NCBI GenBank assembly: GCA_027923505.1
Contig: BROI01000003.1
Span: forward strand, 868,001 to 932,000
DNA: 64,000 nt
DNA from: Mayamaea pseudoterrestris
Taxonomy: Eukaryota
Reading direction: 5' to 3'
The notes under the pieces were generated by a model. That model was not told where the DNA came from. It saw only the letters and a list, made by a program, of their open reading frames with translations, and ran no database searches. Shown piece by piece: positions 12,154-22,913 of the stretch. How positions within the stretch are numbered: position 1 is the first letter of the stretch; each line of letters begins with the position of its first letter. The position numbers were made by a program, and so were the translations under genes.

Positions 12154-14571
12154 CTAGCTACGCCGTTTTTGCAGCGATTCTTGCCTCTTCGTCTCGTTCT
12201 CAAAAATGCTCAAGTCAATTGGCTCGTTCGGAAAGTGCACAGACTCGTACAACTCTCCAACATTTTCGGGAGTTGCTATACATTCCTTCATTGTCGCAAC
12301 ATACATTTGGACAAGCTCCTTGTAAATCTCACCGGTCATCTTCTCTGGCTTTAACGACTCAGCACGAATTGAAGCATCAAAAACTCCAAAAGATGCATTG
12401 CTGTAACGAATGCCGCGAAGCGCTTCGTCCAAGGCAGCCATGCTGATTCCTGCATCAACCAAGATTTTGATATCTTCTGGATCAACAAACTTTTCCCAAT
12501 TGTTCAAGTCATCGAGAAGCTCCTCTGCGCTTCGGTCGGGTCGCTTTTCAGGACGCTTAAATGGAAGACCAGGTATATGCCTGTCTTTGACGAGCCGCAT
12601 GTTGGCGACCTTTTCTCCTAAAGACACCAAGCCGTTCAACGCCTTGACAGACGCTTCAGCTTCCCAAGGAATGTCAAAGCCAACGTAGGCCCGACCTGTC
12701 GCGAGTCCATTTGCGCATTTGACGAACTCCACCGAGCCCTTCACGTCGCGTGGTCTTGCCGAGTATGGCTGAAAGGCTACAGCAATCTCCTCTTTTGTCA
12801 CGGCCGGATCCAAGTTTCGCAGAGATATGACACGTGCGTGGGAAAGGTAAAACTTTTTTGATGGCATGTCCCCATCCACAAGCAATCGAGGTCCCATGAC
12901 ACGCTTCTCCTTCAACTTGTAAGGACCATCAAATCCTGCATGAACTAATTCTCGTCGGGCGCGGAACATACGAATTGGATATTCTCCGAGAGACTTGAGC
13001 TGCTCTTCGAGCACCTGGGATACAATGGCGGACTCGGCTTGTTCTTCCGACTCGAATCGAATTAACGCGCGCGTTGATGAAAGGAAATGAACCATTTCAG
13101 GACCAACGCCATACACCGTGCCTGCCTCGGTTCCCTGCGGGAAAAGCCTTTGGACCAGCGTCGCAGCAGTGTAGCCTGGAGGAATTTTGCGAATCTCCAC
13201 AGTCGTCTGCGGCGAAAGCTTGGCAAAATCAGACTTATTTATATCCTCGTCAGCATTATAAATCGAAATTGTGGCCGGAGCATACCAGACAGTCTCCTTG
13301 ATGTCAGAATCAAGCACGCCAGCAAGTTCTCTTGGAGACGAAAAGCCAACGTATCCGCTAGATGTGCTGCATGGAAAGACGCGACCAGAGTCTACACCAA
13401 AGAGGCGCGCGATAGTCTTTTGTATCGTGTCGCGATGCACCGGAATGCTTAAATCGCCCTCCTCTCCGTTAACTTCCAAGGGAGGAAGTCCTTCAACGAA
13501 AAGAAAGCGCGCGTGCGCCTCCACAAACTCTAATGGGGGATTTAGTCTCCATTTAGGAACAAACGGCTTTGGCTCTCGTCTGCTATCGGGGTGCAGCTGC
13601 TCGCTCATCAGCTGAGCGTATTTTGTTGGGTGATCCATCATGGCCTCCAGAAAATCATCCAAATTGGGCCCATGCGGTTTTAACGGTAAAGCCATATCAG
13701 GTACACCAATCGCCTTTTCCGCAAATAATTTCTCGTCAAGCGCAGCAATTTCAAAAATATCATTTTGGCCAAAGAAAAAGTGCTCCTCCAAATCAGTCGA
13801 GTCAGGTCCATCAGAACTCGAAGATGGCGGCTTTCGACGCCTATCGAAACGGCCATCCTCATTGCCAAAGTCGTTTTCAACACTCTCGTCGTCCTCCTCA
13901 TCGTTATCATAGTCTCCGAGGAGTGCTTTTCTGACCCTTGAATCAACCAGGTACGATGGTGCATCGGTGTCGTCATACTCAATTTCAAACGTGCCATCCT
14001 TGAGCTCCAAGTCTTCCATGTTTAAATCATTCCCAGCCAATGGCTCAAAATCTTCTTCGTTCCAAAAGTAACGGTCTTCGTCCATAAGTTCTGGCGCGTA
14101 GTAGTCGTCATGCATGCCAGATGGGTCAAGCTCAATGGTGGCTCCAGCGCGAGGGTCAAATGAGAAAGTCTTGGTCGCTGCCGTACTGCGAGCAATCATA
14201 TCATCCGAAAGAATATCATCATAATAATCGTCGTCGCGTATTCCTGGATCATCATTCTTAAGAATGCGCGTAAACCTTCCGCCCGATCGCTTGGGCGGCG
14301 GATGGAGGCGAGCCTTGTGACGACCAGCAAGTCGAGGAATACCAGAGTCATGCTTTCCTCGAAGCAGACCACGGGCAGCAGGCTGTAGAAACTCTTTGTC
14401 AAAGTTGTGTTTCTCTGGAGTCTTTCTCTTGTCCTTGTTTTTGTCATCAGTCGTCAAGAAGCGATGATGATCGTTAGAGGGTGACACCGAAAGGATGCCA
14501 GATTGGCGGATGCGATTGCCACGAAACGAATGCGCAAACAATCGTCGAGAGAGTACTTGGTAGGACCACAT
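12154..14571 (-). CDS. Probably mitochondrial RNA-binding protein with RRM-like domains
   Basis: 805-aa ORF; Arg/Ser-rich presequence-like N-terminus; RRM-like motifs LFVEGLP, ALIRFESEEQAESA, ISLRNL, GRAYVGF. Confidence 0.6.
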   Translation of the reverse strand: MWSYQVLSRRLFAHSFRGNRIRQSGILSVSPSNDHHRFLTTDDKNKDKRKTPEKHNFDKEFLQPAARGLLRGKHDSGIPRLAGRHKARLHPPPKRSGGRFTRILKNDDPGIRDDDYYDDILSDDMIARSTAATKTFSFDPRAGATIELDPSGMHDDYYAPELMDEDRYFWNEEDFEPLAGNDLNMEDLELKDGTFEIEYDDTDAPSYLVDSRVRKALLGDYDNDEEDDESVENDFGNEDGRFDRRRKPPSSSSDGPDSTDLEEHFFFGQNDIFEIAALDEKLFAEKAIGVPDMALPLKPHGPNLDDFLEAMMDHPTKYAQLMSEQLHPDSRREPKPFVPKWRLNPPLEFVEAHARFLFVEGLPPLEVNGEEGDLSIPVHRDTIQKTIARLFGVDSGRVFPCSTSSGYVGFSSPRELAGVLDSDIKETVWYAPATISIYNADEDINKSDFAKLSPQTTVEIRKIPPGYTAATLVQRLFPQGTEAGTVYGVGPEMVHFLSSTRALIRFESEEQAESAIVSQVLEEQLKSLGEYPIRMFRARRELVHAGFDGPYKLKEKRVMGPRLLVDGDMPSKKFYLSHARVISLRNLDPAVTKEEIAVAFQPYSARPRDVKGSVEFVKCANGLATGRAYVGFDIPWEAEASVKALNGLVSLGEKVANMRLVKDRHIPGLPFKRPEKRPDRSAEELLDDLNNWEKFVDPEDIKILVDAGISMAALDEALRGIRYSNASFGVFDASIRAESLKPEKMTGEIYKELVQMYVATMKECIATPENVGELYESVHFPNEPIDLSIFENETKRQESLQKRRS

Positions 14572-14731
14572 GACTAGTATATCTTATCAATATATTGAAT
14601 GATCCGAACCGAGCTGTTGGTCGCAAATTCCATGATGATTGTTCCAAGTGAATGGGCGGCTGTCGCTGGAAATAATATTGACGGTAGATGTCGTTCGTGA
14701 ATAACATGACGGAAGAGTCCTGCGTTAGAAA

Positions 14732-14941
14732 AGGCAATACTGTGAAACGAGTGCCAGTGTCAATAAGGTCACAAGGCTATAATACGAAACAAGTGCCAGT
14801 GTCAATTACGCTAGAAGGCAATAATATGAAACGAGTGCCTGTGTCAATTACGTCATGAGGCAATAGTATGAAACGAGTGCCAGTGTCAATTACGTGGGAA
14901 GGCAATAGTACGAAACGACTGTTAATCTCAATTACGTCATG
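14732..14941. repeat. 42-bp tandem array, 5 units (family shared with 27.1 and 62.2 kb)
   Basis: Units start at 14732, 14774, 14816, 14858, 14900; consensus AGGCAATAGTATGAAACGAGTGCCAGTGTCAATTACGTCANN. Confidence 0.95.
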
Positions 14942-15162
14942 AAAAGTCATACCGGTACGCGAGGAGGTGGCATTCGCCTTTCCATTGCTGCATTTACGGG
15001 AGACTGTAGCTCCGTAGTAGCTTCTTCAGAGCTATTGCACAATTGATAATAAGAATTGCACCTTACAAATATTTTGTTTACTTCTTATAGCAATGAGTGT
15101 GAAGCGCGAGAATGGGCATCAAACCAGAAGGTCTTAAATTCACTTACTGAGTACAGAGTTTT

Positions 15163-15920
15163 TCACTCGTAAATCCAGCCGAACGAATGACTCTTGTAAT
15201 TTAAAAGCTCCGACTCGTCAAACCATAGTGCAATCTCCTTCTTGGCGTTCTCAACACTGTCGCTGCCATGGCAAATGTTGCGGCCAACTTCGAGGCAGAA
15301 ATCTCCACGAATCGTTCCAGGTGCACTCTCCAGTGGATTGGTTGCACCAAGCATCTTGCGTCCTGTCGATACTGCTTCTCGGCCTTCCCAAATCTAAACA
15401 CGAGACATTGAAGTTGGGTCAGGGAATCCGAAGCTGCTGCACGCTGTAACGACACTAACAACCAACATCAAGCAAACACATGAACCAACTTACCATACAC
15501 ACGACTGGACCACTAAGCATGTAATCTCTCAACTTCGGAAAGAAAGGTTTCTCAACCAAGTCCTTGTAATGTTCCTCCAGGAGCTCTTTAGAAGCTTGCT
15601 TTGTCTTTAAAGCGGCGAGCTTGTATCCCTTCGTTTCGAATCGCTGAATGATTTGTCCGACTAAACCACGCTGGACACCGTCGGGCTTGATCTGGAACCA
15701 TGCGATAGAAAAAACGTTAAGAAACATTACAAAAGTCATTAAAGCATCTGCAGTTTCGAAATATCTCTTGCATAAATGGCGGGTCGCATACCATAATGTA
15801 TGTTTGTTCTTCAGCCGCCGACATGCTGAGCGAGCTGCTTCCGCCTCGTACTCTTAATAGCGGAGTCGCGTGAAATGCCAGCGCCGACGTTACGAGTAAG
15901 CTCAATAGAAAGGATCTCAT
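15163..15920 (-). CDS. NDK: Nucleoside diphosphate kinase with bipartite presequence, 3 exons
   Basis: [42 protein letters not shown]; introns ~15791-15692 and 15493-15394; signal peptide ending ALA-FHA. Confidence 0.92.
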
Positions 15921-16051
15921 TATACTATAGATAGCTACGGCGTTGTAATGTACGGTCTGATGGGTCGCAGCGGATTTGTGAGAGGTGCCCATCCATCATC
16001 CGACTCTTCGTTGTTTGTGCGTCAGTGTTCCCGTTTGTGCAAGTCACCATT

Positions 16052-16069
16052 GGTCATGAGCTCATGACC
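16052..16069. promoter_or_regulatory. Perfect 18-bp palindrome in the divergent NDK/CDV3-like promoter
   Basis: GGTCATGAGCTCATGACC is its own reverse complement; regulatory role is inferred from position only. Confidence 0.4.
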
Positions 16070-16192
16070 CGAGAACCGCTCGTGGTTGCGAGGGGAGAAA
16101 CCACGATGACAAGAATCGGATCTGCATTGCATCGGTCGAGCTGACAATCATCCCTCCGTAGTTACTCCTCCTCTAATAAATACCGAGTCATC

Positions 16193-17247
16193 ATGTCTAA
16201 CGATACGGCAGCATTCTTTGCCAACAAGAAGAAGAAAAAGGGCTTCAAATTTAACGCTAATCTCGTCGATGCCGAGGCGCTCGCGCCTCAGAGTCATGTG
16301 TAAGTTCTTCCTGCTTTTTACGCAACTGCTCTTTATAGCAATATATTTATGCTCACGCTTCTATTAAATCCAAACTACATAATAGTGACGCTCCCGCAGT
16401 CTCGACTGATGGCAAGATTATGGCTGATGGAACAGCGTTTTCGGCTGATCCGTCGACCGTTTCCGTCAAGAAGCCTCAGCAGGATGAAGAATGGGACGAT
16501 GGTTTGGCTTCTGATTTCGCGCGCAAGGCGAATACCGCATCGGAAGCTACTGTGAGAGATATAAAGTCATTGGATGCCGGCAAGCATCATTCTGGAAACA
16601 TTGCGGAAAAGCTTCGTGTTGAGGAAACCAAGGCGGCTCTAGCGGCCGCGAGGGAAGGAATGGAACGAGAAGCGCGACTATTAAAGGAAAAGAAAGAAAC
16701 CGACGAAGCCAAGAAGCAGGAGGCAGCAACGCGTTTTTCGGGTGCATCGGCAACTGTTGGAGTTACGGCTAGCAAATGGACGCCGCCAAGTTTAGCCAGG
16801 GTCAAGTTGGGTGCTGCGAGTGCGACAAAGGGCGTCAATCGACGATTCAATGCGGAAGACGAAGAACTATTTCCAGATTTGGCTTCTGCTGATAAAATAA
16901 TAGAACAAAAGGAAAAGGAGCAGCAAAATGCATTCAGACCGCTCAAGAAAACGCCGGTCGGTGGAGGTGCCAGCTGGGCTAACAAGCCAACCTTGTCATC
17001 AACTATTAGAGCTGTCGCGCCAGAGTTCGAAACTGAAGCACCGGTCACATCTTATACAGAGAGTACTGCTCAAGGAGCTTCGCCAGACGAGTTGTCTGCT
17101 GCTGCTACTCCGTCACCAGCATCGACCACTGCTGCACCCATACTACCCGCCAGCGATACTTCTGGCTTCGCAGCATCTAGTACATCAAAGATTGCACCCG
17201 TCAAGAAAAAGAAGAAGGATCTATCAACATTCAAGCCCAAAGCCTAA
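16193..17247 (+). CDS. CDV3-like low-complexity protein, 2 exons
   Basis: N-terminus MSNDTAAFFANKKKKK, internal DEEWDD and ELFPDL motifs; intron 16300-16385 joins in frame. Confidence 0.55.
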
Positions 17248-17806
17248 TGTTAAATAAATGTTTCTTTGACGCTTACACACCGGTAGGATTTACTTGCATG
17301 TATCTGCGTTTTTCAGCGTACGTGTCCACCGACAATGTAGATGACGAAGTACTCGTACTCACAAATTGGAGAGTACATCTTGCTACCCAATAGGATAACT
17401 TGGTGCGCCTGGCTAAACACTTGCGCGTAAACTGCTTGACAATGATCGAAACCGCTGCAGCGGTATAGATAATGAACCATGCGCAGTAAGGATGATGCTC
17501 GCGCACCTCAGTTTCCTCGCCAACATGGCGCACCCTTTTAATGTCATGGCGCACCTCTTTAACATAGCATACGAAAATATAAGCGGCCGACCTTTCTTTT
17601 CGCGCACCCGACTGCGCTTAACGCAGGTGTTTCGGCCTCAACGCCTCGTGGTCTCCATTATTTGCGAGCCATTGCATGTTGTGCGCCAAAGCAAACATTC
17701 GGCTCAGTATTATCACAACACACTGTTCCAGTCGGTGCTCTTTATCACCGTTTCTTCGAGATTTCGATAACCTGTACCGCCGCATTTGTAAAGTCTAATC
17801 AGCGTC

Positions 17807-19099
17807 ATGAAGTTTTGGGCTGCTGGGTATGACGACCAGAAAAGTCCCGCGGCGGAATATCCTGAAGATCGACCATCGACTGAAATCTTTGAGTCCATCT
17901 TTGGCCGAAAAAAGCCTGCCTCACCGCGTCGCGTCCGATTTGACAAGTTTGTCATTCGTAAGGACAGCTTTGAAAAGGAACAAGTTGATGGAAATTCGGC
18001 ACAGCAAGCACCCAACTCATCCAGTCCACGAACGCCGCCGCATCATTCCCCTGTCGCCGTTAGCGAAAATGGCTCTCCGGTCTCACCACCACCAATGCTA
18101 CCATCTCTCCAGATGGCACGGCCAACGCGTATGTATAGTGAATTTCCGCAGCGGCCCAGTATTCCTCTTCGATCGGGTTCTAAACACGAGGACATCAGAG
18201 TCGAACCGTACAATCGCGCCGCGGCAATGGAGGAAGGCAAGCATCTTGAGCACATTGAACGGGTCGCCAAGCGCCGATTCTGGGCTGTAGTATGTATTGC
18301 AGTGCTATTAATGATTGGAATCATTCTTGCTGTCACACTCCCAAAGGTCAGAGATGCGGAGGAGACGACACATAATTTGACACGAAAGCGTAGCAAGGCA
18401 CCAGGTACCGCGGTTCCTACTCCGTCTAAGCCAGTTAACACTAGAGCCAGAGCCAAAAGCAAACACCAGTGCATTGCGAGGTTAACAGAGCTTTACAAGG
18501 CTGTTGACACGTACTTGGTGGACCCAACCAATTCGTCACGAGTTGCACGAACGTACGGCCATCCGATTGGGAGCTGGTGTTTCAACGAAACGCTCACTGA
18601 CATGACGGCCGTATTTTCGGCTCATCGCAACGAGTTAGCTGCCACCTTCAACGAAAATCTTTCTGAATGGGACGTATCTTACGTCAAAAATATGGGTTCA
18701 CTTTTCTATGGGGCAGCTTCCTTTAATCAACCTTTGCCTTGGAATGTCAGTCGAGTTTACAACATGGCAAATATGTTTCGCGGCGCGACAAGTTTCAACT
18801 CTGATATCAGCACATGGGATGTGTCTAATGTGATGGTGTTTGAGCGCATTTTTCAAAACGCCGTCTCATTTAATGTTGATATCTCAACCTGGAATCTGAG
18901 CTCGGCGCTCACCACACGGTCCATGTTCAAAGGAGCCACCAGTCTACGAAGAAACCTTTGCTCATTTGGTGCGACATTAAACAAGATTGCGGATGTCTCC
19001 AAAATGTTTGCTGATACGCCCAAGTGCAAGATCACTTCTCCAGATGCGCCAGTGTTGTCGGCTTCGTCCTACGGGCCGTTTTGCTTTCCATGCGCGTAG
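17807..19099 (+). CDS. Type II membrane protein with DUF285/BspA-like (WDVSxV..M..MF) repeats
   Basis: TM FWAVVCIAVLLMIGIILAVTL; repeats FNENLSEWDVSYVKNM, FNQPLPWNVSRVYNMANMF, FNSDISTWDVSNV. Confidence 0.85.
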   Translation: MKFWAAGYDDQKSPAAEYPEDRPSTEIFESIFGRKKPASPRRVRFDKFVIRKDSFEKEQVDGNSAQQAPNSSSPRTPPHHSPVAVSENGSPVSPPPMLPSLQMARPTRMYSEFPQRPSIPLRSGSKHEDIRVEPYNRAAAMEEGKHLEHIERVAKRRFWAVVCIAVLLMIGIILAVTLPKVRDAEETTHNLTRKRSKAPGTAVPTPSKPVNTRARAKSKHQCIARLTELYKAVDTYLVDPTNSSRVARTYGHPIGSWCFNETLTDMTAVFSAHRNELAATFNENLSEWDVSYVKNMGSLFYGAASFNQPLPWNVSRVYNMANMFRGATSFNSDISTWDVSNVMVFERIFQNAVSFNVDISTWNLSSALTTRSMFKGATSLRRNLCSFGATLNKIADVSKMFADTPKCKITSPDAPVLSASSYGPFCFPCA

Positions 19100-19457
19100 A
19101 AAGAGACAAGTCCACTACATCAATACATACCTTGAATATAAGTCGTGCGAGTGAATACTTAGCTGCATCTTACATGTGACTTATCAGCAAAGTGCATTGC
19201 ATAATGTACGAATAGGCAGTACGGTCAGGGCATAAAGAGTAAGCTAAGACCTATCGCAGGCTCCCGCGCCGTGCCCAGCTTTTCGTTGCCGACCATCATG
19301 ACGAATCTCGGCCTCCGCCAAATAATGGCGACAAATACGAAATCAAATAACTATATATCGCGCCTTGACGCGCACCGGCAGTAAGAGCACCTATACACGT
19401 GGATGTCGCAGCGTCGCATTTCAGCAATCTTACTTGGCGACAGTTGTACACCACCAA

Positions 19458-21718
19458 TTACGATGATGCCTTTCGATGGCCGAGCGCCTTGTGAAAGATG
19501 TCAATGCCAGTCTCGAGATTCCTCCAGCTGGTCGGGAATTCCCGAGCCCAAAAGGATTGCTTGACTGGGACAAACGACTGCATCTGATCGAAGCGATCTT
19601 CCATAACATAATACCAACTAGGAATTATGCCATTCTCGTGGCCCAGATATTTGTCCTGAGTCGCATGGTATCCTCGCATTCGGTTGATGAACCCCTATCG
19701 TGGGCAGAATCATAAAAGCAATGAGTGAAACGTAGCAAGCATGGAGTTTCTGGCAAAGTACTACGACTTACCGTGAATGTAGAGAACCAGCAACCAAAAA
19801 AGTACCTTCCTCTAGATGCTACCAGCTGATCGATCATGCCGTACTGCAGATAAGCGAAGTGAGAGATAAACCAATGCCACGGAAGATGCCCGCAAGTTTG
19901 CACAGCACTGACTTACGTAGTTTGTGTTGACGTCGCCCAACTCTGCGAGCAAGTCATCCATGAAAACAGTATTGTAATGATCAGAAAGCACTTTAAAAAA
20001 CGATTTGTCGCGTTCGTCCGTGGCAATGTACACCGTCGCTCCCTCGGCAAATGTGCGTTTTGTCACTGAGTATATCGCGTCTGCGTCTACTCGCGTCATT
20101 TTGTACTGGAAATCACCCCGTCGGATGTGCATCGTATCAAACAGTCCCTCGGAATTTGTCGCGTTTCGTTCCCGTGCTCGCTTTCGAATGGCCGTGACGA
20201 GTCTTGCGGCAGCACATTGGATCTCATCGATGTAGCGCATATGGTCGCGCATGAAACGCTTCAACCATAAATCGTGGTGCCAGTCCTGCAACGAGAAGAT
20301 ACAAGAAGTTGAGAGTAGTCAAAACTGCCATCTGCTACTTGGAAGTCAAATACCTGAAAGAACAAAAAGGCGTAAAAGTGTACTGACACCCCACAATAAC
20401 ATGCAGATTGCGTGAGCAAATGAAAGGTTTGGTAAAGCAAACGTTCGATAAACTTGACGAATTGACTCACCAAGTAAACGTCCACCTGGTTCGTTCTGAA
20501 TGGCTGCAAAGTGCACCAGCGTTGAATCCTGCATGGTCTGATCATAGATACAAAGCTGCCTGCGACCAGCCCGCATTTCTTTCATGCGTTCCATCGACGA
20601 CGAGTCTACGGGTATTGGTTTCCCAACGTAGTCTTCCCAACTGAATGGTATACCAAAGAAATCATGAGATTGAATGATACTCCTTCAGCCTAATTACAAC
20701 AGGCTCATTTGACGACTACATACATTGGCAGTCCCTCAGTCTGAACGGTCGCATTCAATTCTAGTATGTGAGCCATGTCTTCCTTGCTCGTCGACGACGG
20801 GAAGGCAGCCATGCAGGTGTCTGGATCCCACTTGGCCACGATACCGACTTGGCGCAGATATGGGTAGATGACTTCTGGCTCTCCGTCAAAATTGGTCCTG
20901 TTTGTCCCGGGTGGAAGGAGAATTTTACCATTGTCATCGCGAAATCGACCTGCAAGTGCCTCGCGTCGAATAAACTCGTCCATAGAGATAATATCAATGC
21001 CTGGATGCTCTTCGTGAATTGCTTGCATGTGGAAAAAGTGAGAGAAAGAGAACTTGTTGCGTTGGCCATTTTTTTGCGCGCCAATGAGATACATTTTGCT
21101 CTCTGGTGGCTGTGTAAATGGAGGATTCGATCAGTTCATCCGACGACAAATACTCGGAAAACGATACCCAAATCGCTTACCAGTACCAAAGTGCGTCCCA
21201 TTGCAAAAGCGAGGGCGACTACTGTCTCCATGCCCTGTAGAGAAAAAAGCCGTGAGCAGTAGCCGTAGTTGCAGATTGCAGACGAGAGGTTCATGAAATA
21301 CACGAAGGCCCAAAACGATGCAGAAATCGCATAGACATACACAGCAGACTCTTACCATTCGAATATTGTTCCATCCTCCAAAATCCGGTTCAAACGTCAG
21401 ATACTGCACACTGCCACCATTTCGACGAAAGGGAGAAAGGTGTTGACTGTCGGCCGGAATGTCACGCCAATACACCATTTCCTTGGCTTCTGCATCGGGC
21501 GGACCGCCATACTTTCGACAAGACAGTCCAGCCAATTGATTCTTGTTGCTTTTGCTACTGCTGCTTTGCAAAAAGCCATCCAATGCGGCAGCTGGAGCCG
21601 CCAAGTTGCTTGCCCCTGTTGTTGCTGCCAAAATGGTCGGATCAAGTTTGCCATTCAAGAATAGCGTCAGCATAGCGAATATACATAATACAATTAAGAA
21701 ATAGTTGGCAAGCTGCAT
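19458..21718 (-). CDS. GDP-fucose protein O-fucosyltransferase family protein, multi-exon
   Basis: Type II anchor MQLANYFLIVLCIF; YLTFEPDFGGWNNIRM, HIRRGDF, VYIATD motifs spread over several ORF fragments separated by GT..AG introns. Confidence 0.8.
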
Positions 21719-21962
21719 TATGACTGCGATTGTACGCTTGCGATGAGCAGAAGAGGATGGTTCGAATATGGTCAAATGAATGATGGCAGTCGCTAGCAAT
21801 CGTTGCTGTGGAAAATGAGTTTCGGTGCGACTCTTGGGTAACGCTACGACACTTTCAGAGCATGAAATTCACCGTCGACCCGATTCAGCAAACATCGACC
21901 GCCTGTTGTCCAAAGTCCTTTTATGTACACGCACATTACAACAGATACATAACAATTACACC

Positions 21963-22865
21963 ATGGCAAATAGAACTGACCCACTCGCGAATGTTATTTC
22001 AGGAACGGACCCGCAAAATCTTATGGAATACATTACTCGGCAGAAAATTTACGATTCTCGCTACTGGAAGGAAGATTGCTTTGGAATCAATGTTGCCGAC
22101 GTTTTAACCAAAGCAGCCCAGTTGGAATGCGTTGGAAACTTGCCGACCAAATTTTTGAGTCTAGTTTTGAAGCTTTTGCAGCTGCAGCCTGAAATGGAGC
22201 TAATATTGGAAACGTTTGTGGAGCAGGAGCAGTTCAAATACGCGCGAGCGCTTGGTGCTGTGTATTTGCGGCTGACGGGCCGACCATTAGAGATATATCA
22301 AGCGCTCGAGCCGCTTTACAAGGACTATCGTAAGCTACGAGTCTGGAACAACCTGACGCAAGAGTGGTCCATACTGCACATGGACGAGTGGATTCATCAG
22401 TTGCTTCGCGAGACGCACATTTTGGGAATCGCCTTGCCTAGACTTGCGAATCGACGGACGCTTGTTGAATCAGCCTATCTACCTGATGGACCGCGACAGA
22501 CCACACTTGAGAACCTTTTGACGGAGCATGGAGGGCCGTTAGAGTATCTGAAGCATAAAGTGCAGGTGGAAAAGAGTGAGGCGGCGCGTGTTGCCTGGGA
22601 CGAAAGGAATTGTCGACTTGGTAAATATGATATTGCAGCGACGAGGGATGCATCAAACGAAGAGGAGACCGACGAAAAAGATCAAGAGAAACCAAAGAAG
22701 AAGAGGAAAAAGACGATTGAGGCAAAATACGACGCGCTCTTCAAGTCAAGCAAGAAGCCAGCCACAGTACCAATAAATAAATTTGTGACGAAGGATGATG
22801 TAAAGGACGATGCGTATTGGGACGACGAACGAGCAAAGCTTGGACTCAAACCGTTAAAGAAGTAA
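21963..22865 (+). CDS. PRP38: Pre-mRNA splicing factor Prp38
   Basis: MANRTDP...GTDPQNLMEYITRQKIYDSRYWKEDCFG; FKYARALGAVYLRL; C-terminal RAKLGLKPLK. Confidence 0.92.
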   Translation: MANRTDPLANVISGTDPQNLMEYITRQKIYDSRYWKEDCFGINVADVLTKAAQLECVGNLPTKFLSLVLKLLQLQPEMELILETFVEQEQFKYARALGAVYLRLTGRPLEIYQALEPLYKDYRKLRVWNNLTQEWSILHMDEWIHQLLRETHILGIALPRLANRRTLVESAYLPDGPRQTTLENLLTEHGGPLEYLKHKVQVEKSEAARVAWDERNCRLGKYDIAATRDASNEEETDEKDQEKPKKKRKKTIEAKYDALFKSSKKPATVPINKFVTKDDVKDDAYWDDERAKLGLKPLKK

Positions 22866-22913
22866 TCAATAATACTATAATCATTATATCACATTAAGTC
22901 AGTAGCAAACTCG

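Noticed and set aside
21825..21962. N-terminal extensions from the ORF track (also 32178-32348, 49757-49855)
   Set aside because: They use non-ATG starts or precede the recognisable conserved start
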